Source: Bacteroidales bacterium | GTDB taxonomy: Bacteria > Bacteroidota > Bacteroidia > Bacteroidales > DTGW01 | DNA length: 64,000 nucleotides | NCBI GenBank assembly: GCA_049968755.1 | Contig: JBMFQE010000004.1 | Span: forward strand, 140,264 to 204,263 | Reading direction: 5' to 3' | Part shown: piece after piece, positions 49,480 through 59,823 of the stretch | Numbering within the stretch: position 1 is the first letter of the stretch | Layout of the letters: each line of letters begins with the position of its first letter | The notes under the pieces: generated by a model | Database searches by the model: none | What the model was told of the DNA's origin: nothing | Seen by the model: only the letters and a program-made list of their open reading frames with translations | Program-made: the position numbers and the translations under genes

Positions 49480-51537
49480 ATGGACACAGGAATGACAAAA
49501 GATGTAACTACAAAGGCAGCGAACAACATTAGAATACTTTCGGCTGCAATGGTTGAGAAAGCAAAATCGGGGCACCCGGGCGGAGCCATGGGTGGAGCAG
49601 ATTTTATTCATGTACTGTATTCTGAATTTTTGCGCTACGATCCCAGCGACATGACCTGGCACATGCGCGATCGTTTTTTTCTGGATCCCGGTCATATGTC
49701 CCCCATGTTGTATTCAGTGTTAACTTTACTGGGTCACTATTCCATCGACGACATTAAGAATTTTCGTCAGTGGGGCAGTCCCACACCGGGTCATCCCGAA
49801 CGCGACGTAATGCGTGGAGTTGAGAATACTTCTGGACCCCTCGGACAGGGGCATGTGATGGCTGTTGGGGCGGCTATTGCTGAGCGTTTTCTTTGTGCAC
49901 GTTTTGGCGAATGGATGTCGCACAAAACTTATGCCTATATCTCCGATGGTGGCATTCAGGAAGAGGTCTCGCAGGGTGCCGGTCGTATTGCCGGATTTCT
50001 GGGACTAAGCAACCTTATCATGTTTTACGATTCCAACGATATTCAGCTATCCACCGAAACCAAAGCTGTTACCAATGAAGATACAGCCATGAAATATCGG
50101 GCATGGGGCTGGGAAGTAATAGAAATCGATGGTAACAATGTAGACCAAATAAGGGATGCCTTACGGAAGGCCAATGCACAAACCGAAAAGCCCACCCTCA
50201 TTATAGGCAAAACCATTATGGGTAAAGGCGCGGTTAATGCCGATGGTAGCAGTTTTGAACGTCAGTGTGCTACCCATGGTATGCCGCTTGGCGAGGCAGG
50301 TGCTTCTTTCGAGAAAACTATTGAAAACTTAGGAGGAGATCCGCAGAATCCATTTGCTATCTTCCCTGAGGTAGCCGAATACTATCGCCAGGTCAGGGAG
50401 CGAAAAATCAGGGAAGCAGCCGAGCGCAAAGCCATACAGGCCAAATGGGCGAAAGAAAATCCCGGGCTGGCAGCCAAACTCGAGCAGTTCCTCTCGGGTA
50501 AACTTCCCGAACTCAACTTTGCCGAAATAGCGCAAAAGGAAAATATTGCCACCCGTGCAGCTTCATCGGCAGTGCTTAGCTATCTGGCACAGAAAGTTGA
50601 AAATATGATTGTTTCATCGGCCGACCTGGCTAATAGCGATAAAACCGATGGTTTCTTAAAACATACTACGGCATTTACCAAGGGTAATTTTAAAGGAGCT
50701 TTTCTTCAGGCAGGTGTGAGCGAACTTACCATGGCTGCTATTTGCAATGGTATCGCCCTGCACGGCGGAGTTTGGGCAGCCTGTGCAACTTTCTTCGTTT
50801 TCAGCGACTTTATGAAGCCTGCTGTGCGACTGGCTGCGCTTCAGGAGTTACCCGTCAAATACATTTGGACACACGATGCTTTCAGGGTTGGCGAAGATGG
50901 TCCTACACATCAGCCCGTGGAACAGGAAGCCCAGATTCGTTTGCTTGAGCACCTTAAAAATCACAGCGGACACAATAGCATGTTGGTGCTTCGACCAGCC
51001 GATGCTTACGAAACTAATGTGGCCTGGAAAATGGCCATGGAAAATACTAAAACTCCTACCGCACTCATCCTTTCGCGTCAAAACATTAAGGACATCCCCG
51101 CAAAACCCGGTTCAACGCGCTATCAGGATGCTCTGGAAGCCCAAAAGGGAGCCTACATCGTACTCGACTGTGAGGGTCAACCCGACGTAATTCTTGTGGG
51201 TAGCGGTTCGGAAGTGTCGACGCTATACGAAGGAGCACTAAAACTTGTTGCCGATAAGAACCTAAAAGTGCGTGTTGTATCGGTAATTTCTGAAGGCTTG
51301 TTCCGTAATCAGCCCATGGAATATCAGAAATCGGTTATCCCCGACAATATCCCGGTTTTTGGACTCACAGCCGGCTTGCCCATTACTCTTGCCGGGTTGG
51401 TTGGACCGAAAGGACGTATATGGGGGCTCGATCATTTTGGATATTCAGCTCCCGCCAAAGTGCTTGATGAAAAATTCGGCTTTACGCCCGAAAACGTCTA
51501 TCAACAGGTGCTAAAATACCTTAGCGAATACAAATAA
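49480..51537 (+). CDS. tkt: Transketolase
   Basis: SGHPGG, DRFFLDPGH, SGPLGQG, SDGGIQE, GEDGPTHQPVE. Confidence 0.96.
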   Translation: MDTGMTKDVTTKAANNIRILSAAMVEKAKSGHPGGAMGGADFIHVLYSEFLRYDPSDMTWHMRDRFFLDPGHMSPMLYSVLTLLGHYSIDDIKNFRQWGSPTPGHPERDVMRGVENTSGPLGQGHVMAVGAAIAERFLCARFGEWMSHKTYAYISDGGIQEEVSQGAGRIAGFLGLSNLIMFYDSNDIQLSTETKAVTNEDTAMKYRAWGWEVIEIDGNNVDQIRDALRKANAQTEKPTLIIGKTIMGKGAVNADGSSFERQCATHGMPLGEAGASFEKTIENLGGDPQNPFAIFPEVAEYYRQVRERKIREAAERKAIQAKWAKENPGLAAKLEQFLSGKLPELNFAEIAQKENIATRAASSAVLSYLAQKVENMIVSSADLANSDKTDGFLKHTTAFTKGNFKGAFLQAGVSELTMAAICNGIALHGGVWAACATFFVFSDFMKPAVRLAALQELPVKYIWTHDAFRVGEDGPTHQPVEQEAQIRLLEHLKNHSGHNSMLVLRPADAYETNVAWKMAMENTKTPTALILSRQNIKDIPAKPGSTRYQDALEAQKGAYIVLDCEGQPDVILVGSGSEVSTLYEGALKLVADKNLKVRVVSVISEGLFRNQPMEYQKSVIPDNIPVFGLTAGLPITLAGLVGPKGRIWGLDHFGYSAPAKVLDEKFGFTPENVYQQVLKYLSEYK

Positions 51538-51555
51538 TCGATTTCCCTAATCAAT

Positions 51556-51592
51556 AAACGCTTTGCATCATAAGATGTAAAGCGTTTTTTTT
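51556..51592 (+). terminator. Intrinsic terminator after tkt
   Basis: AAACGCTTTGCATC-ataa-GATGTAAAGCGTTT plus T-run. Confidence 0.8.
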
Positions 51593-51658
51593 ATACATTT
51601 ACACTCATACGTTTAAAAAATGCTGCTATTTTTATGACATAAAAATACCTCAATAACT

Positions 51659-52585
51659 ATGGAACAGCCTCATCTGACACGACTCATACGATTGATGATG
51701 ATGTTGATAGGCAATCGGTTGACCACTTCTGAGTTAGCCCAAAAACTCGATTGTAACGTTCGTACCATCCAGCGTTGGATTGAAACCCTTAAGATGGCCG
51801 GAATAGTTGTAGAATACCACCAGAAGGGCATTCCCTATTTGAGCACCAACAAAGGGCAGCTTAAACAATTAAGCGACCTGGTACAGTTTTCTGAAGAAGA
51901 AGCCTTTATACTCCATAAGGCTATCGACAGTATCGACACCAGGAACAGCCTGAAGATGAATCTCAAGAAAAAACTTTACAACATTTACCACTATTACCCG
52001 TGGATGGCCGAGATGGTAGTAAAACCTGAAATAGGTAATAATGTTGAAAAACTTACCGAAGCTATACAGGCGGAACTGTGTGTTGAGCTGGTATCGTATC
52101 GTTCCTCAAACAGCAATCAGGTATCCAACCGGTTAGTCGAACCCTATGAGTTTACTGTCAATTATGAACAAGTATGGTGTTACGAGCACGAAAGCAGCAA
52201 ATGTAAGCTGTTTAATGTATCGCGCATCGGCGAAGTCAATGTGTTGCAGTTGCCATGGAAATTTAAGGAACGACATCAGCAGCGATTCATTGACATTTTT
52301 CGCATTTCTAATTTCGAATATGTTGGTGAAATTGAGCTAAATCTCAATGTCCGAGCCTATAATCTTCTTATTGAAGAATATCCCCTGGCCGAAAAATATC
52401 TCGCTCAGTGTTCTGAGAATTTTTGGCACTTAAAAGCTCCTGTGTGCAGTTACGAGGGGCCTGCTCGATTTGTGCTTGGGTTGTTTGAAAATATTCAGGT
52501 ACTGGGCGATAATAAATTCATTGCACAGATTAACGAAAAATTTTTTTCCTTTCAAAATGCATGGCGACACAACCTGTCGCTTTGA
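51659..52585 (+). CDS. HTH-WYL-WCX transcriptional regulator (PafBC/DriD-like architecture)
   Basis: N-terminal HTH (ELAQKLDCNVRTIQR); WYL core Y.S..S....R.VEP....WCY.....KLF...RI. Confidence 0.9.
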   Translation: MEQPHLTRLIRLMMMLIGNRLTTSELAQKLDCNVRTIQRWIETLKMAGIVVEYHQKGIPYLSTNKGQLKQLSDLVQFSEEEAFILHKAIDSIDTRNSLKMNLKKKLYNIYHYYPWMAEMVVKPEIGNNVEKLTEAIQAELCVELVSYRSSNSNQVSNRLVEPYEFTVNYEQVWCYEHESSKCKLFNVSRIGEVNVLQLPWKFKERHQQRFIDIFRISNFEYVGEIELNLNVRAYNLLIEEYPLAEKYLAQCSENFWHLKAPVCSYEGPARFVLGLFENIQVLGDNKFIAQINEKFFSFQNAWRHNLSL

Positions 52586-52598
52586 GAATATACCTTTG
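52564..52598 (+). promoter_or_regulatory. Palindromic GCGAC-N7-GTCGC box plus -7 element TACCTTTG
   Basis: GCGACA-caacc-TGTCGC at 52564-52580; TAnnTTTG match at 52591-52598. Confidence 0.6.
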
Positions 52599-52632
52599 CA
52601 AGCATGGGTGTTTAAAACTTTAAAGCCATTCG

Positions 52633-53595
52633 TTGAATATCGGTATTCCCTGTAGCTGTCACTTCACGAAAAAATCTAAGCATTTTTTTAGTTTCCAGCA
52701 TTTTGTCTGCTGCATCAATGGAAATGTTGTTGGAATAAAATTGCCCGAACAAATAAAAAGATACATACCATTATACTATTCGGCTTTAAATGAATTTAAC
52801 AATTGGTATTACAATAATTGCGAGCATTATGGACGGTTCCTGAAATTCGTTTCTTTCGAATATGCCCCAATTCAAATTATCTGCAATTCATAGCTACCCG
52901 CAAACAATTATCCCTGCTATACATGATCTTTGTCGATGGATTTAAAAGGAGCATGTATCTCGAAACCAAGTATATATACCCTACCATCAACTTGATGATT
53001 TGTTGGCTGAAATGGATTTTTGCGTGCAACGCATGAACAATCTTACCTTGCCCTGTATTTGTCGCATCGAACCCTTCGAGGTATGCCTTAACTATTTAAA
53101 CTACTATTTCAATTTGAAAAACAAATTCCCCAATTTATTTTTTCTGGGAGATACCGTTATGTTCTCTCTCATGGATGCTCACCTATTGTCCCCGTTTTTT
53201 TTCAACAATTATAAAATAGTTTTTGCTAAAGAATATTCCTTTAAATATACTGGTGAAAAGCTACTTTCTACCCGACATTTTGTTGTAGTTAAATCAAAAA
53301 AATTCCCCGAATGGATGCGTATTATCGATATTCCAACACGACGATTTATCGACATTCCTGCTAAAGCCAATTTATTTTCTACTTCAAATAATAGTAATGA
53401 AGAACTCACATGCATGAATTTAAGGTACAGCAGGCTCCCTATACCTTGGGTAACATTTTTAAAGACATGTTTGATGAGTTGCTCCCTATTATTGAGCAAG
53501 CTAAAAAAATCAGAAAACCGATTATTGGCATAGATGATAAAATTCACTTAAAAGGTAGTGGCGTAAATTCGTACGATGATGAGGAAATTGAATAG
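52633..53595 (+). pseudogene. Probable decayed gene of unknown family downstream of the WYL regulator
   Basis: Chain of overlapping + strand ORF fragments (52633-52893; 52862-53533 with internal TAA at about 52943; 53410-53595). Confidence 0.5.
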
Positions 53596-53925
53596 TGTAA
53601 ATATTGCAGGTTGTTCAGTTTTTTTATGACAAAATGACAGTATTAATCCCTTCCATCCTTCTGAACTAATCAAACCATGACTTGCTGGGATTTATCCCGA
53701 TTTACTAAAACATAATTAAGGTAAGTATTTCTGATTTGACTTTTAGTTTTTCTTTATGGAAATACTAATATAAAATATTAATTTTCAAGGAAAAACAAAC
53801 AAGTTTCCCAATTGCATCAAAGTTGAATTAGCAAAAAGGAACAATTGGGTTTAAGGAAATTTTGTCATAAAAATATTTCTGGACAAAAATTTGAGTATGT
53901 TCCTGAACAGAAAGGAGATAAAACT

Positions 53926-56535
53926 ATGAACCTGAATAATTTTACGCTTAAAGCACAGGAAGTCATTCAGCAAGCAGGCATAATTGCTGAAAATAAAAAT
54001 CATCAGGCTATTGAACCTGTGCATTTGATGAAAGGGTTGCAGGAAAAGGCCGATGATGTAACAAACTTTCTGTTAAAAAAATGTGGGGTGAATACCCATT
54101 ATTTTTATCTGGCACTCGATCGCGAGCTTGAGTCACTACCGAGAGTTAGTGGTGGTGAGCAATATTTGTCGTCCGACGCTAGCAAAGCGCTGCAGAAAGC
54201 ACTTGAGCATAGCAAACAGCTGGGCGACCAGTTTATTGCTGTAGAGTCAATTCTCTACGGGATTGCAACTACTTCGAACAAGGTGGCTACTATGCTGCGT
54301 GATGCAGGGCTTACGGAGAAAGACCTTAAGGCAGCAATAGCCGAAATGCGCAAGGGTAACCGAGTGACTTCACACACTTCCGACGATACTTACGATGCGC
54401 TTAACAAGTATGCTATCAACCTGAACGAACGTGCTCGTCAGGGGAAGCTCGACCCTGTTATTGGGCGGGATGAAGAGATACGGCGTGTGATACAAATTTT
54501 GCTACGCCGCACGAAAAATAACCCTATCCTCATTGGTGAACCGGGAGTGGGTAAAACGGCTATTGCCGAAGGGCTGGCTCATCGGATTGTCAACGGCGAT
54601 GTGCCTGAAAATCTGAAGACCAAGCAGATTTTCTCACTCGATATGGGGGCACTTATTGCTGGCGCAAGCTACAAAGGGCAGTTTGAGGAAAGGCTAAAAA
54701 GCGTGGTTAACGAGGTTATTTCGTCCGATGGCGAAATCATCCTGTTCATCGACGAAATTCATACACTTGTTGGTGCTGGAAAGACCGAAGGAGCCATGGA
54801 CGCCGCCAACATACTCAAACCTGCTCTGGCAAGGGGTGAATTACGGGCTATTGGGGCCACTACTTTCAACGAATATCAGAAATATTTCGAAAAAGACAAG
54901 GCTCTGGAACGTCGTTTCCAGACCGTGATTGTGGATGAGCCCGATAAGTTGAGCGCTATATCCATTTTACGGGGTTTGCGCGAACGGTACGAAAATCATC
55001 ACAAGGTTCGTATCAAGGACGAGGCCATCATTGCGGCCGTAGAGCTCTCGCATCGGTATATTACCAACCGTTATCTGCCCGACAAAGCCATTGACCTGAT
55101 TGATGAGGCAGCCTCGCGTCTGAAACTCGAAATGAACTCCGTTCCCCAGGAAATTGATGACCTGGAACGTAAGATAAAACAACTCGAGATAGAACGTGAG
55201 GCGCTTAAACGCGAGGGTGACGATGAAAAAGTAAAACAAATTGTGGCCGAGATAGCTAATCTTGACGAACAACGCAAACAGCTACGATCGAAATGGCAAC
55301 AGGAAAAAAATATCGTTGAAGCCATACAACGAAACAAACAGGCCATAGAAGAATATAAATTTGAAGCCGAACAGGCCGAACGCATGGGCGACTATGGTCG
55401 GGTGGCCGAGCTGCGGTATGGAAAAATTCAGGAAGCTCAACGCAATATTGAGCAATTGCAAAACGAGCTGAACCAGCTACAGGGTGACAAACCCCTTATT
55501 AAGGAGGAAGTCACGGCTGAAGATATTGCTGAAATTGTGGCCAAGTGGACAGGCATACCCGTCACACGTATGGTACAAAGCGAAAGAGAAAAACTATTGC
55601 ATCTCGAAGAAGAGTTGCACAAACGTGTTGTGGGTCAGGATGAAGCTATTGCTGCCGTGGCCGATGCTGTTCGTCGTAGTCGTGCCGGTTTGCAGGACAG
55701 CAAACGTCCCATTGGCTCGTTCATATTCCTGGGTACAACCGGCGTAGGTAAAACCGAGCTGGCCAAGGCTCTTGCCGAGTTCCTCTTCGACGATGAAAAC
55801 ATGATGACTCGAATCGATATGAGCGAATATCAGGAACGGCACTCGGTATCGAGACTGGTAGGCGCACCCCCAGGATATGTTGGCTACGAAGAAGGCGGTC
55901 AGCTTACTGAAGCGGTACGTCACAAACCCTATTCGGTCGTTTTGCTCGATGAAATAGAAAAAGCTCATCCCGACGTATTCAATATCCTGCTTCAGGTGCT
56001 CGACGATGGACGGTTGACCGACAACAAGGGCCGAGTGGTCAATTTCAAAAATACCATCATCATCATGACCTCAAACATTGGGTCGCATATTATCCAGGAT
56101 GGTATTAGTGAAATGAACGAAAGCAATCGCGAGCATGTGCTCGAACGCATACGTATCGACGTAATGAACCTGTTGCGTCAAACCATACGGCCCGAGTTTC
56201 TGAACCGTGTCGACGAAATTATCATGTTCAACCCGCTGTCGGCTAAGGATGTAAGGGATATTGTGCGCATGCAGTTCAACCTTATCAAAAAGCAGATGGC
56301 CGAACAGTCAATTACGCTCGATATTTCCGATGCTGCTATCGATTGGTTGGCCGAAAATGGTTACGACCCGCATTATGGGGCAAGACCCATCAAGCGACTC
56401 ATGCAAAAACATCTGCTCAATGAGCTGTCGCGGCAAATTATAGCCGATAAGATCAGTAAAAATGATCATGTACTGGTCGATAGCTTTGGAGAAGGACTGG
56501 TGCTGAGGAAGATCAACGCACCCGTAACCTCGTAA
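53926..56535 (+). CDS. clpB: ATP-dependent chaperone ClpB
   Basis: Two AAA+ modules ([16 protein letters not shown]), long coiled-coil M domain, GAPPGYVGY; start placed at MNLNNFT. Confidence 0.97.
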   Translation: MNLNNFTLKAQEVIQQAGIIAENKNHQAIEPVHLMKGLQEKADDVTNFLLKKCGVNTHYFYLALDRELESLPRVSGGEQYLSSDASKALQKALEHSKQLGDQFIAVESILYGIATTSNKVATMLRDAGLTEKDLKAAIAEMRKGNRVTSHTSDDTYDALNKYAINLNERARQGKLDPVIGRDEEIRRVIQILLRRTKNNPILIGEPGVGKTAIAEGLAHRIVNGDVPENLKTKQIFSLDMGALIAGASYKGQFEERLKSVVNEVISSDGEIILFIDEIHTLVGAGKTEGAMDAANILKPALARGELRAIGATTFNEYQKYFEKDKALERRFQTVIVDEPDKLSAISILRGLRERYENHHKVRIKDEAIIAAVELSHRYITNRYLPDKAIDLIDEAASRLKLEMNSVPQEIDDLERKIKQLEIEREALKREGDDEKVKQIVAEIANLDEQRKQLRSKWQQEKNIVEAIQRNKQAIEEYKFEAEQAERMGDYGRVAELRYGKIQEAQRNIEQLQNELNQLQGDKPLIKEEVTAEDIAEIVAKWTGIPVTRMVQSEREKLLHLEEELHKRVVGQDEAIAAVADAVRRSRAGLQDSKRPIGSFIFLGTTGVGKTELAKALAEFLFDDENMMTRIDMSEYQERHSVSRLVGAPPGYVGYEEGGQLTEAVRHKPYSVVLLDEIEKAHPDVFNILLQVLDDGRLTDNKGRVVNFKNTIIIMTSNIGSHIIQDGISEMNESNREHVLERIRIDVMNLLRQTIRPEFLNRVDEIIMFNPLSAKDVRDIVRMQFNLIKKQMAEQSITLDISDAAIDWLAENGYDPHYGARPIKRLMQKHLLNELSRQIIADKISKNDHVLVDSFGEGLVLRKINAPVTS

Positions 56536-56564
56536 CCGCAAAAAACGCTGCTTATATGAAGCTC

Positions 56565-56599
56565 AAAAAAAGGGGGCATTGAAATGATGCCCCCTTTTT
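56565..56599. terminator. Bidirectional terminator between clpB and the DHOD-like gene
   Basis: A7-GGGGGCAT...ATGCCCCC-T5. Confidence 0.85.
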
Positions 56600-56632
56600 G
56601 ATTATAAATTTACACAAAACAAAGTATAACCA

Positions 56633-57646
56633 TCAGGGTAAGGTGACCCTTTTCAGCAAATGGTCGGAATTGATGAGCAAATCTATATACTGGGCTCGTT
56701 GGTATACAAATGGGTCGCGAATATTTTTGTTCGAAAGTTTACCCTTAAAATCATTGATGGTTTGAAACCCTTTTTCATCCATCCATTTCGTTATTTCCTC
56801 GAGCATGTGGCCAATGTGTTCAAACTTGTTCTGATATACCGTGCTTACCACTTCTACGGCGTCGGCACCCACCAGCAACATTTTTACTACATCAGTTCCC
56901 GAATGAATACCCCCGTTGGCACATATCGATGCAGCTATGTGTCCATGCAGCAAGCCTGCAAAACGTAAGGCCAGCCTATTTTCAGCGGAAGTGCTCAACT
57001 GGTGCGACGACACATGTTTTATCTGCTGTACATCTACATCGGGCTGATAAAAACGATTAAAGATAACTACCCCGTCAACCCCCGCCTTATCGAGCCGGGA
57101 GATAAAGTTTAAAGGATTGGTGTAAAAGCTACTTAATTTTACGCTCACGGGTATTTCAACGGCCTCTTTAACTGCTTTAAGTATTTCAACTTGCTGATTT
57201 TCTATTTCTTCGGCGGTAACATCAAAGCGTTTGGGGACCGCATAAAAATTAAGTTCCAGCGCGTCAACGCCTGCTTCGGCCAGCTGACGAGCATAATCCA
57301 CCCACGACTCGTGTAATATGGCATTTAAGCTACCAATCAGAGGAATAGATAGTACGCTACGTGCTTTTGCCAGTTTTGTTAAATGCTCACGGGCACCTGC
57401 GTGCTCGAGACGCGGAAACAGGGTAGTCATTTCGGCATGACGATAGTTATACTCTTCCAGTGCCTCTTCAAACTCGAGCTGTTCCAGCTGAATCTGCTCT
57501 TCAAACAGCGATTTATAAACCACCGCTGCTGCACCATTATCCTGCAATCGTTTTAGGTTGTCGGGATTATCAACTAAGTTACTCGCCCCAATAATAATGG
57601 GATTGCGAAGTGGGATTCCTAAGTAATTTGTTTGTAAGTTTGCCAT
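56633..57646 (-). CDS. Dihydroorotate dehydrogenase-like flavoprotein
   Basis: YLGIPLRNPII, KSLFEEQI, ALELN, PVSVKLS, FNRFYQPD. Confidence 0.88.
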   Translation of the reverse strand: MANLQTNYLGIPLRNPIIIGASNLVDNPDNLKRLQDNGAAAVVYKSLFEEQIQLEQLEFEEALEEYNYRHAEMTTLFPRLEHAGAREHLTKLAKARSVLSIPLIGSLNAILHESWVDYARQLAEAGVDALELNFYAVPKRFDVTAEEIENQQVEILKAVKEAVEIPVSVKLSSFYTNPLNFISRLDKAGVDGVVIFNRFYQPDVDVQQIKHVSSHQLSTSAENRLALRFAGLLHGHIAASICANGGIHSGTDVVKMLLVGADAVEVVSTVYQNKFEHIGHMLEEITKWMDEKGFQTINDFKGKLSNKNIRDPFVYQRAQYIDLLINSDHLLKRVTLP

Positions 57647-57735
57647 AACTTTATAGTTTAAGTGGTCTATTATTGTGAACAAATCGCACAGTGCAAAAGT
57701 TTAATAAAACAACAATTTAAATGTAAAAAAAAATA

Positions 57736-58551
57736 ATGGAAACTCCCCAGAAATTTCAGCAACTTTTGACGTACATTCGTCAATTTAATAGGGTAGCAGT
57801 AGCCTATTCCGGCGGGGTAGACAGTACCTTCCTGTTGGCTGCTGCTAAAGAAGCTATTGGGGCCGAAAACGTTGCAGGTATAACCGTCGATGCACCATCG
57901 TTGCCCCGCTACGAGCTGGAAGAAGCCCAAAATATTGCCCGACAATTAGGTGTACAGCATATAGTTCTTGTCAGCGACGAGATAGAAGAAAACATTCGTT
58001 ATAATCCCATCGACCGGTGTTATCATTGTAAAAAGGTGGAATTTGGTAATATCATTCAGGAAGCCCAGAAACTTGGGATTCCGATTGTATTCGATGGCAG
58101 TAATGCCGATGATAAGAACGACTATCGCCCTGGCCAGAAGGCTATTAATGAGCTGAAGGTGCTTAGCCCATTACTTTTTCTTAATATCACAAAAAAAGAA
58201 ATCAGGGAATTTTCCAGGCTTCTCGAACTACCCACGTGGAATAAACCTGCCTATGCCTGTCTTTATTCACGTTTCCCATACAACACAGAAATCAAGCGAG
58301 AAGACCTGATTAAGGTTGAAAAGGCCGAAAAGTTTTTGATCGAAAAAGGTTTTCGTACCATTCGTGTTCGCTGCCACAACGATCTGGCACGCATTGAAGT
58401 TCACCCCAGCCAGATACACGAAATAATTACCTTACCGCTGGCCGAAGAGATACATCAGGCTCTCGTGAGCTTTGGTTTTAAATACGTGACGGTAGATATC
58501 CTGGGCTATCGCATGGGCAGCTTTAACCGTACCTTTGGTCTTCAAAGTTAG
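57736..58551 (+). CDS. larE: LarE-family ATP-dependent sulfur transferase
   Basis: AYSGGVDS PP-loop, RCYHCK, DGSNADD..DYRPG, ACLYSRFP, RVRCH...ARIE. Confidence 0.88.
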   Translation: METPQKFQQLLTYIRQFNRVAVAYSGGVDSTFLLAAAKEAIGAENVAGITVDAPSLPRYELEEAQNIARQLGVQHIVLVSDEIEENIRYNPIDRCYHCKKVEFGNIIQEAQKLGIPIVFDGSNADDKNDYRPGQKAINELKVLSPLLFLNITKKEIREFSRLLELPTWNKPAYACLYSRFPYNTEIKREDLIKVEKAEKFLIEKGFRTIRVRCHNDLARIEVHPSQIHEIITLPLAEEIHQALVSFGFKYVTVDILGYRMGSFNRTFGLQS

Positions 58552-59060
58552 CGACCATTGAGCTGTCGTACAATCCGTAAGGCCTCTTCTATATGACGCT
58601 GAACGTCGGTTTGTGAGCTGAACACGTAGGCTATCTTTCCATCCTTGCCCACCACAAATGTTACACGTCCGGGAATAATACCCGAACCTGCACCAAACTG
58701 CTTTCGCACCTTTCCGTCTACATCAGCCAGCAAGGTAAAAGGCAAATTGTACTTTTTTGCAAAGGCCTTATGGCTGGCCACATCCTGGCTGCTTATCCCT
58801 ATCACTGTAGCTCCTGCTGAGGTAAAAGCCTCGTACTGATCGCGAAAATAGCAGGCTTGTTTGGTACAACCTGGCGTATCATCCTTGGGGTAAAAATATA
58901 TGACAAGAGTAGACTTACCCAGGTGATCACTCAATCGAAATTCTTTCCCATCTTGATCCTTTAGTACAAAATCGGGTACGCTTTCCCCAACTTTTAAGGG
59001 TTCTTCTCCAAAAATATAACTCCACAATGTCATCAATGGAAGTAGCATAAGATATTTCAT
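58548..59060 (-). CDS. bcp: Peroxiredoxin, BCP/PrxQ type
   Basis: YFYPKDDTPGCTKQAC. Confidence 0.9.
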   Translation of the reverse strand: MKYLMLLPLMTLWSYIFGEEPLKVGESVPDFVLKDQDGKEFRLSDHLGKSTLVIYFYPKDDTPGCTKQACYFRDQYEAFTSAGATVIGISSQDVASHKAFAKKYNLPFTLLADVDGKVRKQFGAGSGIIPGRVTFVVGKDGKIAYVFSSQTDVQRHIEEALRIVRQLNGR

Positions 59061-59582
59061 TGTCCTAAGTTTTAATATCCATCTAAATAAACAATGTACT
59101 TGTCGATTAGTTTTAGGAAAAATGAAAATCTAAATCCATTTTTAGCAATCCATGTTCTGATGACGCATTTAAAAAGTGCTTGAATTTGTTATGATGACTA
59201 AGCTACCCCTTGTGTGTTTGGCATAGACGATTTTTTTCACCCTGAAATTTAAGAACTCATGTTGCAGGGATTGTCTATTCTTTCCGGGTTATTTTAAAGT
59301 GGCATAATTTTAAGCTTTTATATGGGGTAGACTTCTGCTGAGGATAAATTTAATTATTCGATAAGATAAAATTTTGTTTTGCCAGAAATGTGTTGAACGG
59401 CTGACCTTGGCTGTCTAAAATGAGTAGGTAAAATAGGTATTGGGATGATAATAGCATGAGGGTAGCGATACTGCTGGCGAAAAACTACAAGTATCCTCTG
59501 TGGCTAAATTTTTATGATTATGGAACTGAAAGATACTATATGATGCACGTTTTTTCTATTGCTGAACTGGATAAAAAAAGTT

Positions 59583-59597
59583 TGGCACGATGTTTGT
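59583..59597 (+). promoter_or_regulatory. Sigma54-type -24/-12 promoter
   Basis: TGGCACG-atgt-TTGT with GG-N10-G spacing. Confidence 0.65.
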
Positions 59598-59608
59598 CTT
59601 AAACTTAA

Positions 59609-59707
59609 ACAGTAGTGAGTAGTTTTGTTTTCATAGTTAGTGGTTAGTTGTAGTTAGTGAGTAGTTTGTAAAAATGATGGGAATCGAAAGATTTTCCATC
59701 TTTTTTT
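59609..59707 (+). ncRNA. Candidate sigma54-dependent small RNA with repeated UAGU motifs
   Basis: No sense ORF; eight TAGT motifs; ends in a GATGGGAATC-gaaa-GATTTTCCATC-T7 terminator. Confidence 0.55.
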
Positions 59708-59823
59708 ACAAACTTTTTAATTTTTAACCTTTTCTGTTACATATATCCTTCAACTTCTATTCATTTTTCTACCATTACGGGGAGGGGAGTAGGTATCTTT
59801 GCCGTATCCTTTAATATTAATCA

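Noticed and set aside
52603-52613. CATGGGTGTTT, an 11-nt match to the element arm just after the WYL-linked promoter
   Set aside because: Too short to separate from chance, and the flanks do not continue the match
53845-53925. N-terminal extensions given by the ORF track for clpB (similarly trpE, sodA, kdgK, moxR, batD, GH28)
   Set aside because: They run through promoter or UTR sequence, mostly from non-ATG codons; family homology begins at the downstream ATG
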